A stretch of 56,324 nt of DNA from a virus (Duplodnaviria > Caudoviricetes): positions 1 through 56,324 of IMG/VR virus record IMGVR_UViG_3300027969_000124. One strand, 5' to 3'. Position 1 is the stretch's first letter. The number at the start of each line of letters is the position of its first letter. Below, piece after piece: positions 18,041 to 26,704 of the stretch. Made by a program: the position numbers and the translations under genes. The notes under the pieces are model-generated. The model saw only the letters and a program-made list of their open reading frames with translations. It ran no database searches and had not been told where the DNA came from.

Positions 18041-18099
18041 CTCCGATTAAGTAGCAAAATTACTACTCCAATGCCCCCGCAAGGGGCATCAGGGTATTA
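18041..18099 (-). repeat. intergenic structured repeat, copy A
   Basis: 14-bp imperfect stem plus a second hairpin before the RBS; homologous to 18284-18343. Confidence 0.65.
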
Positions 18100-18276
18100 A
18101 CTTAAGTCTTCTGGCTCTGCGTATGCAACGTTTTCCACTTCAAAATACCCGCTCTCAAAGTCCGCACAATGTGCCACTTCATCTAGCGCAATTTGTTCCG
18201 CATCATCAGCGTTACCCGCTTCAATTTCATAAGTGTGCCGTCCTACGTATGTCATAGTTACTTTGAATGTTGCCAT
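18097..18276 (-). CDS. small acidic early protein
   Basis: MATFKVTMTYVGRHTYEIEAGNADDAEQIA; GGAG RBS. Confidence 0.6.
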   Translation of the reverse strand: MATFKVTMTYVGRHTYEIEAGNADDAEQIALDEVAHCADFESGYFEVENVAYAEPEDLS

Positions 18277-18283
18277 GTTGATA

Positions 18284-18343
18284 CTCCAATTACGTGGCGA
18301 AATTACCACTGCAAAGCCCCCACAAAGGGGCTTCACGGTATTA
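18284..18343 (-). repeat. intergenic structured repeat, copy B
   Basis: Same architecture as copy A, with compensatory base changes. Confidence 0.65.
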
Positions 18344-18346
18344 ACT

Positions 18347-18589
18347 TCAAACGTCATATTCGTGGTGAACGATAGCGACCACTTGGCTATCGGTTTTTTG
18401 CATGACCGTCACACGCTTGCAGAAGTAACCTCCCGCTTCTTGGTAGGTCTCATGGTAGACCTGTGGCAAGAGCCACTCATGTGCCTGATCTTCTGTCAGG
18501 TTGTCATCACTACATGACAGCAAGAGGTATTGGTCTGAACCATCTATACCGTGCTGAATGCGACCTATGTTGGTGACTTTGATTTCCAT
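18347..18589 (-). CDS. first gene of the leftward early operon, hypothetical
   Basis: ORF downstream of the promoter at 18633-18662. Confidence 0.6.
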   Translation of the reverse strand: MEIKVTNIGRIQHGIDGSDQYLLLSCSDDNLTEDQAHEWLLPQVYHETYQEAGGYFCKRVTVMQKTDSQVVAIVHHEYDV

Positions 18590-18632
18590 GTTGTCAATCC
18601 TTTTTTACTGTTTGGCGAAAGTGCCAAGTTGG

Positions 18633-18662
18633 ATTGTAATACTGTTTGTAAAGACCTTGCAA
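18633..18662 (-). promoter_or_regulatory. sigma70-type early promoter
   Basis: TTGCAA-18 nt-TACAAT on the minus strand. Confidence 0.55.
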
Positions 18663-18902
18663 TAGTTACCTGAGTAAAGTGTAGGGTTATTAGTAAGACG
18701 GTCAGTAAGGGTGTTTTTAACCGCTCTTATTAGTAGTAGACAACAGTAATGCTAAAGCAATCAAAACACAGAATGAATACTATAGTTACACCGACCGATT
18801 TAAAGGCTCAGGAAGGGGTCTAAAGTGATTTAGGCGGGGTAGGTATAGGCAAGGAAAATTAGGGGGCTTCCTGACAATCTGTAAACGTTTAGTATTAATA
18901 AG

Positions 18903-19010
18903 TTATCCACGCAATCCACAGAATGCCTGTGGACAACTTTACTTATCCACAATTCTTTGACTGCCTGTGGATAACTGTTATAGTGCTGTTTATGCGAACA
19001 GTGTGGACAA
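18903..19010. promoter_or_regulatory. DnaA-box cluster
   Basis: Perfect TTATCCACA at 18943 and TGTGGATAA at 18966; one-mismatch boxes at 18903, 18928 and 19002; weaker box at 18912. Confidence 0.75.
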
Positions 19011-19064
19011 AACAACAGTCTGTATGTTTAGTCAGGTTGCAAGTTAACAACAGGGGGATCGACT

Positions 19065-19685
19065 ATGGAAAAGACAACGAGGGATGAGTACCTAAAGGCA
19101 TTGGAGGAGACCGACGATGCTGATCAAATTGATAACGATGAAAACCCCGAACTGAGCGTAGCGGAACGGCTGGCACTCCAAGCAGACGCACCAAGACGTA
19201 GAGTAGATGGAGGAGTGGTAACAAGTGATAGATATAGACCATTGACAGCATCACAGACAGCATTTGTCTATGGAGTTGTACAGGGGAAGACACTAAAGCA
19301 AGCATACAAGGATGCGTACCCAAACGACAACAGCACAGACCAAGGGATCAGTGCAAATGCTAATAGGCTGTTTAAACATCCCAAGGTGCAAGACATGTTG
19401 CAAGACGCATGGGGCGAGATCGCAGAAAACCTTGTGGAGGATATGACAGCGACGAAAAGATATGTAATGAAACAACTACTCGAACAGAGTAAGACAGCCA
19501 AGCAAGAGGGATCGAAAATAAAGTGCCTAGAGTTACTGGGCAAAGCATCGGGTCTCTTCACCCAAGCAGAGGTCAAAGACGATAAGACCGTCAGTGCTGA
19601 TCAACTCAAAGGCGAACTAGCCAAGTACCTACGCACGCTGAAGAGGACAACTGGCATCAGTGACGTGGAGAGCAGATCTGTTTAA
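19065..19685 (+). CDS. terS: terminase small subunit
   Basis: LTASQTAFV..VVQG.T.KQAY..AY...ANANRL..HPKV HTH pattern, LELLGK; upstream of terL. Confidence 0.75.
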   Translation: MEKTTRDEYLKALEETDDADQIDNDENPELSVAERLALQADAPRRRVDGGVVTSDRYRPLTASQTAFVYGVVQGKTLKQAYKDAYPNDNSTDQGISANANRLFKHPKVQDMLQDAWGEIAENLVEDMTATKRYVMKQLLEQSKTAKQEGSKIKCLELLGKASGLFTQAEVKDDKTVSADQLKGELAKYLRTLKRTTGISDVESRSV

Positions 19686-19900
19686 ACGCTAGGGGTGCTT
19701 GTGTGTTTAAACGGCATCAGAGTTCACCCACCGTCCCGCCACACCCCGCTGTGCATGAGCGACCACCCGCCTGCGCTTACGCTCTAATTCACACATCCCC
19801 TCACTTGTCCCTCGCCATTAGAACGTTCTCACCAGAAACACCCCCCCCTATGCTTTTCAATTTGGCTACCCCGGGGGTATATATATTTTCTAAAAAGGTC

Positions 19901-19929
19901 TTGCGAACGTTCGTATATGCGTTTAAACT
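19901..19929 (+). promoter_or_regulatory. sigma70-type promoter for a leaderless HTH gene, overlapping palindromes
   Basis: TTGCGA-17 nt-TAAACT with ATG 7 nt downstream; overlaps CGAACGTTCG and GTTTAAAC. Confidence 0.5.
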
Positions 19930-19935
19930 ACCTCT

Positions 19936-20166
19936 ATGACAAAGCGCAGTGAGTTAGTTCTGGACTTTATAAAGGCATACATGAGGATTCATGGTGTGCC
20001 TCCTTCCTATGAGGTAATAGCCAAGGGTCTAGGCTTAAAGGCTAAATCTAATATCCACAGGATTGTCCACAGGCTACAGGACGACGGGCTTATCCAGATG
20101 AAGCCTTATAAGTTCCACTCCATTAGGCTTGTTGATAAGTCAGCCAGAGAGATGGCTTCCCTCTAA
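19936..20166 (+). CDS. LexA-type DNA-binding domain protein (no peptidase domain)
   Basis: MT.R..VLDFI..Y...HGVPPSYEVIAKGLGL...SNIHR....L...G.I......SI. Confidence 0.8.
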   Translation: MTKRSELVLDFIKAYMRIHGVPPSYEVIAKGLGLKAKSNIHRIVHRLQDDGLIQMKPYKFHSIRLVDKSAREMASL

Positions 20167-21659
20167 TGCTCACATCCGTAGAGATTGAAGAGTATTTACA
20201 GATAGCCGACTCGGTCTCCGAGAAAGACCGCAAGAAGATCATCCGCCTTTTAGAGGCGGATAGAGACAATAGATGTAGAGACTCCTTCATAGCCTTTGTG
20301 GAACACATGTGGCCTGTCTTTATATCGGGTAAGCACCACAAGATAATGTCTGATGCTTTCGAGAGGGTGGCTAGGGGAGAGTTAAAGAGGCTAATCATCA
20401 ACATGCCTCCCCGCCACACTAAGTCTGAGTTTGCGTCTTATTTGCTTCCGGCGTGGTTTCTGGGTAAGTTCCCGCATAAGAAGATCATCCAGACCGCACA
20501 CACTGCCGAATTGGCCGTGGGGTTTGGCCGTAAGGTTAGGAATCTAGTCTCCTCTGACGCATACGCACGTGTATTCACGACAGTTCTATCGTCTGACTCA
20601 AAGGCCGCAGGACGCTGGAATACTGACGTAGGCGGAGATTACTTCGCTATCGGTGTCGGAGGGGCGGTAACGGGTAAGGGTGCTGATCTATTGATCATCG
20701 ATGACCCGCATTCTGAGCAGGAAGCCAAGCAAGGCAACCCTGCTGTCTATGACAACGTCTATGAGTGGTATACATCTGGCCCTCGTCAGCGTTTACAGCC
20801 GGGCGGAGCCATCATTATTGTGATGACACGCTGGTCTAAGAGGGACTTAACGGGGCAAATCCTTAAGAATTCCTCTAAAGACGGCGTAGATGAGTGGGAG
20901 GTTATCGATTTCCCTGCCATTCTCCCGTCAGGAACGCCTTTGTGGCCTGCTTTTTGGAAAAAGGAAGAGTTAGAAGCCCTAAAAGCCGAGCTTCCAGTCT
21001 CTAAATGGGAAGCACAGTACCAACAGAACCCAACTTCAGAAGAAGGCGCGATCATTAAGCGTGATCAGTGGAGGATTTGGGAGCAAGAAGATGCTCCGTC
21101 CTGTGAATACATCATCCAGTCTTGGGATACAGCCTTTGAAAAACACAACCGCGCCGACTATTCAGCATGCACGACATGGGGAGTGTTCTATCATGCGGAC
21201 AGTAATGGGGAATCCAAGCCAAACATTATTGTTTTAGACTCGTTTAAACAACGCATGGAGTTTCCAGAGCTAAAGCAAAAGGCGATGGAGATGTGGAAGC
21301 AGTGGAACCCAGATACGCTTATTGTGGAGAAGAAAGCCGCTGGCGCTCCACTTATCTACGAGCTAAGGAAAATAGGAATTCCTCTATCGGAGTATACGCC
21401 GAGCAAAGGAAACGATAAGATAGCGCGTGTAAACGCAATTTCTGACCTGTTTGCGTCTGGCATCGTATGGTGTCCTGAGACCCGCTGGGCTGACGAGTTA
21501 ATTGAAGAATTAGCATCATTCCCCAACGGAGATCACGACGACCTTGTTGACTCGGCCTCTCAGGCATTACTGCGTTTCAGGCAAGGTGGATTCATAAGCA
21601 TCGACTCAGACGAACAAGATGAACCCGTCTACCGTAACCGCAGAGCGGTCTATTACTAA
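20166..21659 (+). CDS. terL: terminase large subunit
   Basis: MPPRHTKS, LIIDDP, MTRW, YQQ.P, nuclease motifs WDTA and HDDLVD. Confidence 0.95.
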   Translation: MLTSVEIEEYLQIADSVSEKDRKKIIRLLEADRDNRCRDSFIAFVEHMWPVFISGKHHKIMSDAFERVARGELKRLIINMPPRHTKSEFASYLLPAWFLGKFPHKKIIQTAHTAELAVGFGRKVRNLVSSDAYARVFTTVLSSDSKAAGRWNTDVGGDYFAIGVGGAVTGKGADLLIIDDPHSEQEAKQGNPAVYDNVYEWYTSGPRQRLQPGGAIIIVMTRWSKRDLTGQILKNSSKDGVDEWEVIDFPAILPSGTPLWPAFWKKEELEALKAELPVSKWEAQYQQNPTSEEGAIIKRDQWRIWEQEDAPSCEYIIQSWDTAFEKHNRADYSACTTWGVFYHADSNGESKPNIIVLDSFKQRMEFPELKQKAMEMWKQWNPDTLIVEKKAAGAPLIYELRKIGIPLSEYTPSKGNDKIARVNAISDLFASGIVWCPETRWADELIEELASFPNGDHDDLVDSASQALLRFRQGGFISIDSDEQDEPVYRNRRAVYY

Positions 21660-21667
21660 GGATAAAC

Positions 21668-24070
21668 ATGGCAACCAATTCAATGGATAAGGGTTTCTAT
21701 CAAGCCCCTGCGGGTATTGAGGAAGAGGGCAGCGTCTTAGAAATTGATATCGAGAATCCAGACTCAGTCACCCTGAGCGACGGATCAATAGAGATCGTCA
21801 TTGAGCCAGATGATGATTTGGATGATGAATTCAACGCCAACCTCGCCGAAGAAATGGACGAGGGACAACTCAACGACCTCTCAGGAGAATTGATTGAGTT
21901 AGTAGAAGCCGACATCATGTCCAGAAAAGAATGGGCAGATACATTCGTCAAGGGACTCGAAGTACTCGGCATGAAGTATGAAGAACGCACGGAACCTTGG
22001 AATGGTGCGTGTGGGGTGTTCTCGACGATCCTGACAGAGGCAGCGATTAGATTCCAAGCCGAATCTATTATGGAGACATTCCCAGCCGCTGGGCCAGTTA
22101 AAACTGAGATCATCGGCGCTATCGACAAGATGAAGGAAGATGCAGCCGAGCGTGTCAGAGATGACATGAATTACAAGCTCACAGAGGAAATGCCAGAGTA
22201 CCGCCCAGAGCATGAGCGTCTTCTCTATTCCCTTGGACTTGCAGGCTCTGCCTTTAAGAAGGTCTACTACGACCCAGCCTTAGAGCGACAAGTCGCCATC
22301 TTTGTAACCGCAGAAGACTTGATCGTGCCTTACGGTGCATCTAATCTGAACATGGCCGAGCGTGTTACCCATGTCATGCGTAAGACCAAGAATGAGATGC
22401 GGAAACTCCAAGTCTCTGGTTTTTATAGAGACATAGAACTTGGCGAACCCGTATTCATCCAGACGGACATTGAGAAACACAAAGCCGACCAGCAAGGCTA
22501 CAAAGTTAGCGATGATGACCGCTACCAAATCCTAGAAATCCACGCAGACCTAGACATTGAGGGCTACGAAGATTTAGGTGAGGACGGCGAACCCACAGGC
22601 ATCGCACTCCCCTATGTTGTCACCATTGAGCGTGGCACGGGCGAGGTTCTGGCTATCCGTAGAAACTACGACCCAGAAGACCATAAGAAACTAAAGCGCC
22701 AGCATTTTGTAGATTACATCTATATCCCCGGATTTGGCTTCTACGGCATGGGATTGATCCACATCATCGGTGGATATGCAAGAGCAGGCACGTCCATAAT
22801 CCGCCAGTTGGTGGACGCAGGAACACTGTCTAATCTGCCCGGTGGTCTCAAATCCCGTGGCATGAGGATCAAAGGGGACGATACCCCCATCCAACCGGGT
22901 GAGTTTAGGGATGTTGACGTGCCTTCCGGTGGTATCAAAGACAACGTAATGACGCTTCCCTACAAGGAGCCAAGTAACGTTCTATTGACCCTTTTAGACC
23001 GAATTACCAACGAAGGACGCAGATTAGGCTCTATTTCGGACATGAATATCTCCGATATGAGCGCTAACGCCCCCGTAGGGACAACGTTGGCTCTCCTAGA
23101 ACGCACGTTAAAGACAATGGGTGCGGTGCAGGCACGTGTTCATTATTCAATGAAGCAAGAGTTCAAACTCTTAAAGAACATCATTCGGGACTACACCCCG
23201 AAAGAATATGACTACGAGCCACAAGATGGCGACCGTAAAGCCAAGCAAGGCGACTACGACATCGTTGAGGTCATCCCAGTCAGCGATCCTAATAGCTCCA
23301 CAATGGCGCAACGGATCATGCAGTATCAGGCAGTGATTCAGTTGGCAGCGCAAGCCCCACAGATATACGATCTGCCCCAGTTGCACCGCCAGATGATTGA
23401 GGTTTTGGGAATTAAGAACGCAGACAAGTTAGTGCCGACAACGGATGATCAAACACCCCGTGATCCAGTCAGCGAGAACATGGCATTCCTCAACGGTAAA
23501 CCTACCAGAGCGTTCATCTACCAAGACCACGAAGCCCACATCGCCTCGCATACCTCGTTTATGCAGGATCCAACAATCGCTGCCCAGATTGGTCAAAACC
23601 CTCTAGCGCAAAAGATTCAATCCTCTGTGATGGCACACATTGCAGAGCATTTAGCGTTCCAATACCGTCGTCAGGTAGAAGAACAACTGGGAGTGCCGTT
23701 GCCAGCGCCGGATTCGGAACTACCAGAAGATTTGGAAGTCGAGTTGTCTCGCCTCGTCGCAGAGGGTTCGGCACAGGTACTCCAAGCCAACAAGGCCAAA
23801 GCCTCCCAAAAGCAGGCAGAGCAAGCCGCCCAAGATCCCCTTGTGCAGATCCAGCAAGCAGAACTCCAGATCAAAGGACAAGAAGCCGCGACCAAAGCGA
23901 AAAAGGTCGATGCAGACATCCAAAAAGATATGGCTAACTTGCAGCTTCAGACACAGAAAGCACAAGACCAGAAAGAGATTGAACTAGCACGTATCCAAAC
24001 GCAGGATAAGCAAAACAATCAAAAGATTCAGGTTGACCTGTTTAAAAAGGGTGTAAATGGAAGAACTTAA
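21668..24070 (+). CDS. portal protein
   Basis: 800 aa directly after terL; GSAFKKVYYD, GFYGMG, APVGTTLAL, Q-rich coiled tail. Confidence 0.85.
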   Translation: MATNSMDKGFYQAPAGIEEEGSVLEIDIENPDSVTLSDGSIEIVIEPDDDLDDEFNANLAEEMDEGQLNDLSGELIELVEADIMSRKEWADTFVKGLEVLGMKYEERTEPWNGACGVFSTILTEAAIRFQAESIMETFPAAGPVKTEIIGAIDKMKEDAAERVRDDMNYKLTEEMPEYRPEHERLLYSLGLAGSAFKKVYYDPALERQVAIFVTAEDLIVPYGASNLNMAERVTHVMRKTKNEMRKLQVSGFYRDIELGEPVFIQTDIEKHKADQQGYKVSDDDRYQILEIHADLDIEGYEDLGEDGEPTGIALPYVVTIERGTGEVLAIRRNYDPEDHKKLKRQHFVDYIYIPGFGFYGMGLIHIIGGYARAGTSIIRQLVDAGTLSNLPGGLKSRGMRIKGDDTPIQPGEFRDVDVPSGGIKDNVMTLPYKEPSNVLLTLLDRITNEGRRLGSISDMNISDMSANAPVGTTLALLERTLKTMGAVQARVHYSMKQEFKLLKNIIRDYTPKEYDYEPQDGDRKAKQGDYDIVEVIPVSDPNSSTMAQRIMQYQAVIQLAAQAPQIYDLPQLHRQMIEVLGIKNADKLVPTTDDQTPRDPVSENMAFLNGKPTRAFIYQDHEAHIASHTSFMQDPTIAAQIGQNPLAQKIQSSVMAHIAEHLAFQYRRQVEEQLGVPLPAPDSELPEDLEVELSRLVAEGSAQVLQANKAKASQKQAEQAAQDPLVQIQQAELQIKGQEAATKAKKVDADIQKDMANLQLQTQKAQDQKEIELARIQTQDKQNNQKIQVDLFKKGVNGRT

Positions 24071-24257
24071 ACTTTTAAATCATCTAATTTCAGAGTTAAA
24101 GGAGCGGGAACGATCCCTGCTCCAGAGTCTTGGTGACGGTGCAGCAACGGACTACGCCGCCTACCGGGAGGTTTGCGGCAACATTAGAGGTCTGTTGTTC
24201 GCACAAAGCCTAATCGCAGACCTTGCGCGTAAATTGGAGAAATTAAATAATGAGTGA
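24057..24257 (+). CDS. conserved small head-module protein
   Basis: DYAAYREVCGNIRGL; lies between portal and GroES. Confidence 0.6.
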   Translation: MEELKLLNHLISELKERERSLLQSLGDGAATDYAAYREVCGNIRGLLFAQSLIADLARKLEKLNNE

Positions 24258-24675
24258 ACTTAACATGCCAGAGCTTCAAATAGCTCAGACGCTGAACCCG
24301 CAAGGGCCAGTATCAGTTCTCCCAGCAACGGCTGAGGAGAAGGCACGACAAATACCAGACCCCGCCACGTACTACTTGTTGTGTGTCCTCCCAGACATTG
24401 ACGATGAGTATGAAAGCGGGCTGGTAAAAGCAAGCCAAACCATGCACTACGAGGAAGTACTGTCGCCAGTCCTTTTTGTCGTAAAAATGGGGCCAGATGC
24501 TTACAAAGACGAGAAGCGTTTTCCGTCTGGGCCTTCATGCAAAGTAGGAGATTTCATCCTTGTTCGCCCCAACACTGGGACGCGAATCAAGATTCATGGC
24601 AAAGAATTTAGGCTAATAAACGATGACAGCGTTGAAGGTGTCGTTCAGGATCCTAGAGGAATTACACGAGCATAA
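24250..24675 (+). CDS. groES: GroES/Cpn10-like co-chaperonin
   Basis: VVKMGP...CKVGDFIL...GTRIKIHGKEFRLINDDSVEGVV. Confidence 0.8.
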   Translation: MSELNMPELQIAQTLNPQGPVSVLPATAEEKARQIPDPATYYLLCVLPDIDDEYESGLVKASQTMHYEEVLSPVLFVVKMGPDAYKDEKRFPSGPSCKVGDFILVRPNTGTRIKIHGKEFRLINDDSVEGVVQDPRGITRA

Positions 24676-24686
24676 AGGAGTAAACC

Positions 24687-25625
24687 ATGCCTGAATTTGA
24701 AAAAACCGAGTTTGAGTTCCCAGATGAAAAATCTGAGGTCAAAGTAGAAGTCTCGGAAAACTTTGACGACATTGAAATAGAGGTCGTTGACGACACTCCG
24801 GAGGAAGACCGTGGCCGCAAGCCTATGGAAACCCCGCCAGAGGATCCAACAGACGAAGAGTTAGCCTCTTATAAGCCAAAGGAACGTAACAAGATACGTG
24901 AGTTCCACAGGGCATACCATGATGAACGCAGGGCAAAAGAAGCTGCGTCCAAAGAAAAAGAGGAAGCACTTCTCTTTGCTAAAGCGGTGATGGAAGAAAA
25001 CAACAAGCTCAAGGGCAGCGTTGACGAAAGCCACTCCGCTCTTCTTGAGCAGGCTAAGAAAAATCTTGCCACAGAACTGCTGGATGCCAAGAAGAAGTAC
25101 AAGGAAGCATTTGAATCTGGTGACTCCGACGCAATGGTCGAAGCGCAGGATTTGATGACCTCAACCAAACTAAAGTCTGAACGTTTAAATAATTTTAAGC
25201 CAAAGCCTTTACAAGAGGAAGAAAATCAGCTACAAACCAGTTTAAACGCGAAAACTGACTTTGTGGATCACAAAGCCGAGAATTGGAAACGTGCTAATTC
25301 TTGGTGGGGTCAGGATCGCGAGATGACCGGATTCGCTCTTGCACTGCATGAGAAATTGGTTGTCGAGGATGGCGTTAGCCCTCAAAGCGACGAATACTAC
25401 CAACGCATAGACGGTAGGTTGCGCCAAGTGTTTCCAGAGAAGTTTGCATCTGAGAAGCCCGCTGAAACGAGTCAGCGCCCTAAAGCAAATGTAGTTGCTT
25501 CTGCGACACGTAGCGTTTCAGCGAAGAAAATTACGTTGTCACCAAGAGAAGTAAACATCGCCAAGCGGCTTGGAGTTCCAGTGGAACTTTATGCTCGTAA
25601 GGTTGCGGAATTAAGGAGAAACTAA
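24687..25625 (+). CDS. putative scaffolding protein
   Basis: Acidic N-terminus, coiled coil, C-terminal IAKRLGVP...YA; upstream of capsid genes. Confidence 0.65.
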   Translation: MPEFEKTEFEFPDEKSEVKVEVSENFDDIEIEVVDDTPEEDRGRKPMETPPEDPTDEELASYKPKERNKIREFHRAYHDERRAKEAASKEKEEALLFAKAVMEENNKLKGSVDESHSALLEQAKKNLATELLDAKKKYKEAFESGDSDAMVEAQDLMTSTKLKSERLNNFKPKPLQEEENQLQTSLNAKTDFVDHKAENWKRANSWWGQDREMTGFALALHEKLVVEDGVSPQSDEYYQRIDGRLRQVFPEKFASEKPAETSQRPKANVVASATRSVSAKKITLSPREVNIAKRLGVPVELYARKVAELRRN

Positions 25626-26077
25626 TGACAAATCAGAAACGTGAATCGAGAGAACTTGAGAGTCGGGCAGAAATGGAAAGACCCAAACGTTGGATGCCTC
25701 CATCATTATTGCCAGATCCAGAGCCACAGGACGGCTATGCCTTCCGTTGGATTCGTCTCAGTACTCTAAATAACCCTGATCCAGTCAATATTTCTACGAA
25801 ACTACGCGAGGGTTGGGAACCTGTAAAGGCAATAGATCAGCCTAAATTACGTTTGATAAGTAACCCTAACGGTCGCTTTCCAGACGGAATTGAAGTGGGT
25901 GGTTTACTACTTTGCAAAACCCCGGTCGAGTTCACACAGCAACGTGACGAGTATTACCAAGAACAGGCTAATGCTCAGATGTCGTCAGTGGACAACACCT
26001 ATATGCGCGAGAGCGATCCTCGGATGCCTATGTTTAAAGAACGTAGCACCAAGGTAACTTTCGGAAAAGGTCTTTAA
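25625..26077 (+). CDS. conserved head-module protein
   Basis: WMPPSLL, FRWIR, REGWEPV, GGLLLCK. Confidence 0.6.
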   Translation: MTNQKRESRELESRAEMERPKRWMPPSLLPDPEPQDGYAFRWIRLSTLNNPDPVNISTKLREGWEPVKAIDQPKLRLISNPNGRFPDGIEVGGLLLCKTPVEFTQQRDEYYQEQANAQMSSVDNTYMRESDPRMPMFKERSTKVTFGKGL

Positions 26078-26097
26078 TTTTTTTGGAGCTTTAAAAC

Positions 26098-26694
26098 ATG
26101 GCTTACCCCACTGTCTCGGCACCATATGGTCTAAAACCCGTCAATTCTATTGATGGAAAGCCATACGCAGGTGCATTTCGGCAGATTCCCGTTGCTGCTT
26201 CTTTTGGCACTGCTATCTTCTTTGGAGATACAGTTCAAATCGACAGCACTGGATATCTGATTAAATCAACTACTACTAACTCTGGCACTATTGTCGGTGT
26301 CTGTGTGGGCGGTCAATATGTAAACTCTAGCGGCCAAACCGTTCAGAGCCAATATATTCCCGCATCTGTCAGCACAACCACCAATTATGCTTATGCGTAT
26401 GTTGTAGATGACCAGCAAGCACTTTTCAAAGTAGCCGTTGTTACCTCCGGTACAACTATGGGTACTGCGGCTCGCGCTGATGTTGGTTCTAACGTGGCAT
26501 TGGTTCTCAACGCTGGTAGCACTACCACTGGTGATTCTGCCTTTGCTGTAACTTTAACGGGTGCTGGTACTACTGCCACTATCCCAATTCGTGTGATTGA
26601 TGTCGTGCCTGAGACCGCTACTGCGGCTGACACTTACACCGAGTTGTTGGTGAAAATCAACACACATCAGTACAACAGCACCACTGGTGTTTAA
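26098..26694 (+). CDS. capsid decoration/cement protein
   Basis: APYGLKPV, IFFGD.V; T/A/G-rich; immediately before the MCP. Confidence 0.6.
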   Translation: MAYPTVSAPYGLKPVNSIDGKPYAGAFRQIPVAASFGTAIFFGDTVQIDSTGYLIKSTTTNSGTIVGVCVGGQYVNSSGQTVQSQYIPASVSTTTNYAYAYVVDDQQALFKVAVVTSGTTMGTAARADVGSNVALVLNAGSTTTGDSAFAVTLTGAGTTATIPIRVIDVVPETATAADTYTELLVKINTHQYNSTTGV

Positions 26695-26704
26695 GGAGTA
26701 AGAA

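Noticed and set aside
19703-19939. 78-aa ORF between terS and the HTH gene
   Set aside because: Pro/His-rich translation of a C-rich regulatory region with no RBS; probably spurious.
20051-20072. Two DnaA-like boxes inside the LexA-like gene
   Set aside because: Both are imperfect and explained by the coding sequence IHRIVHR.
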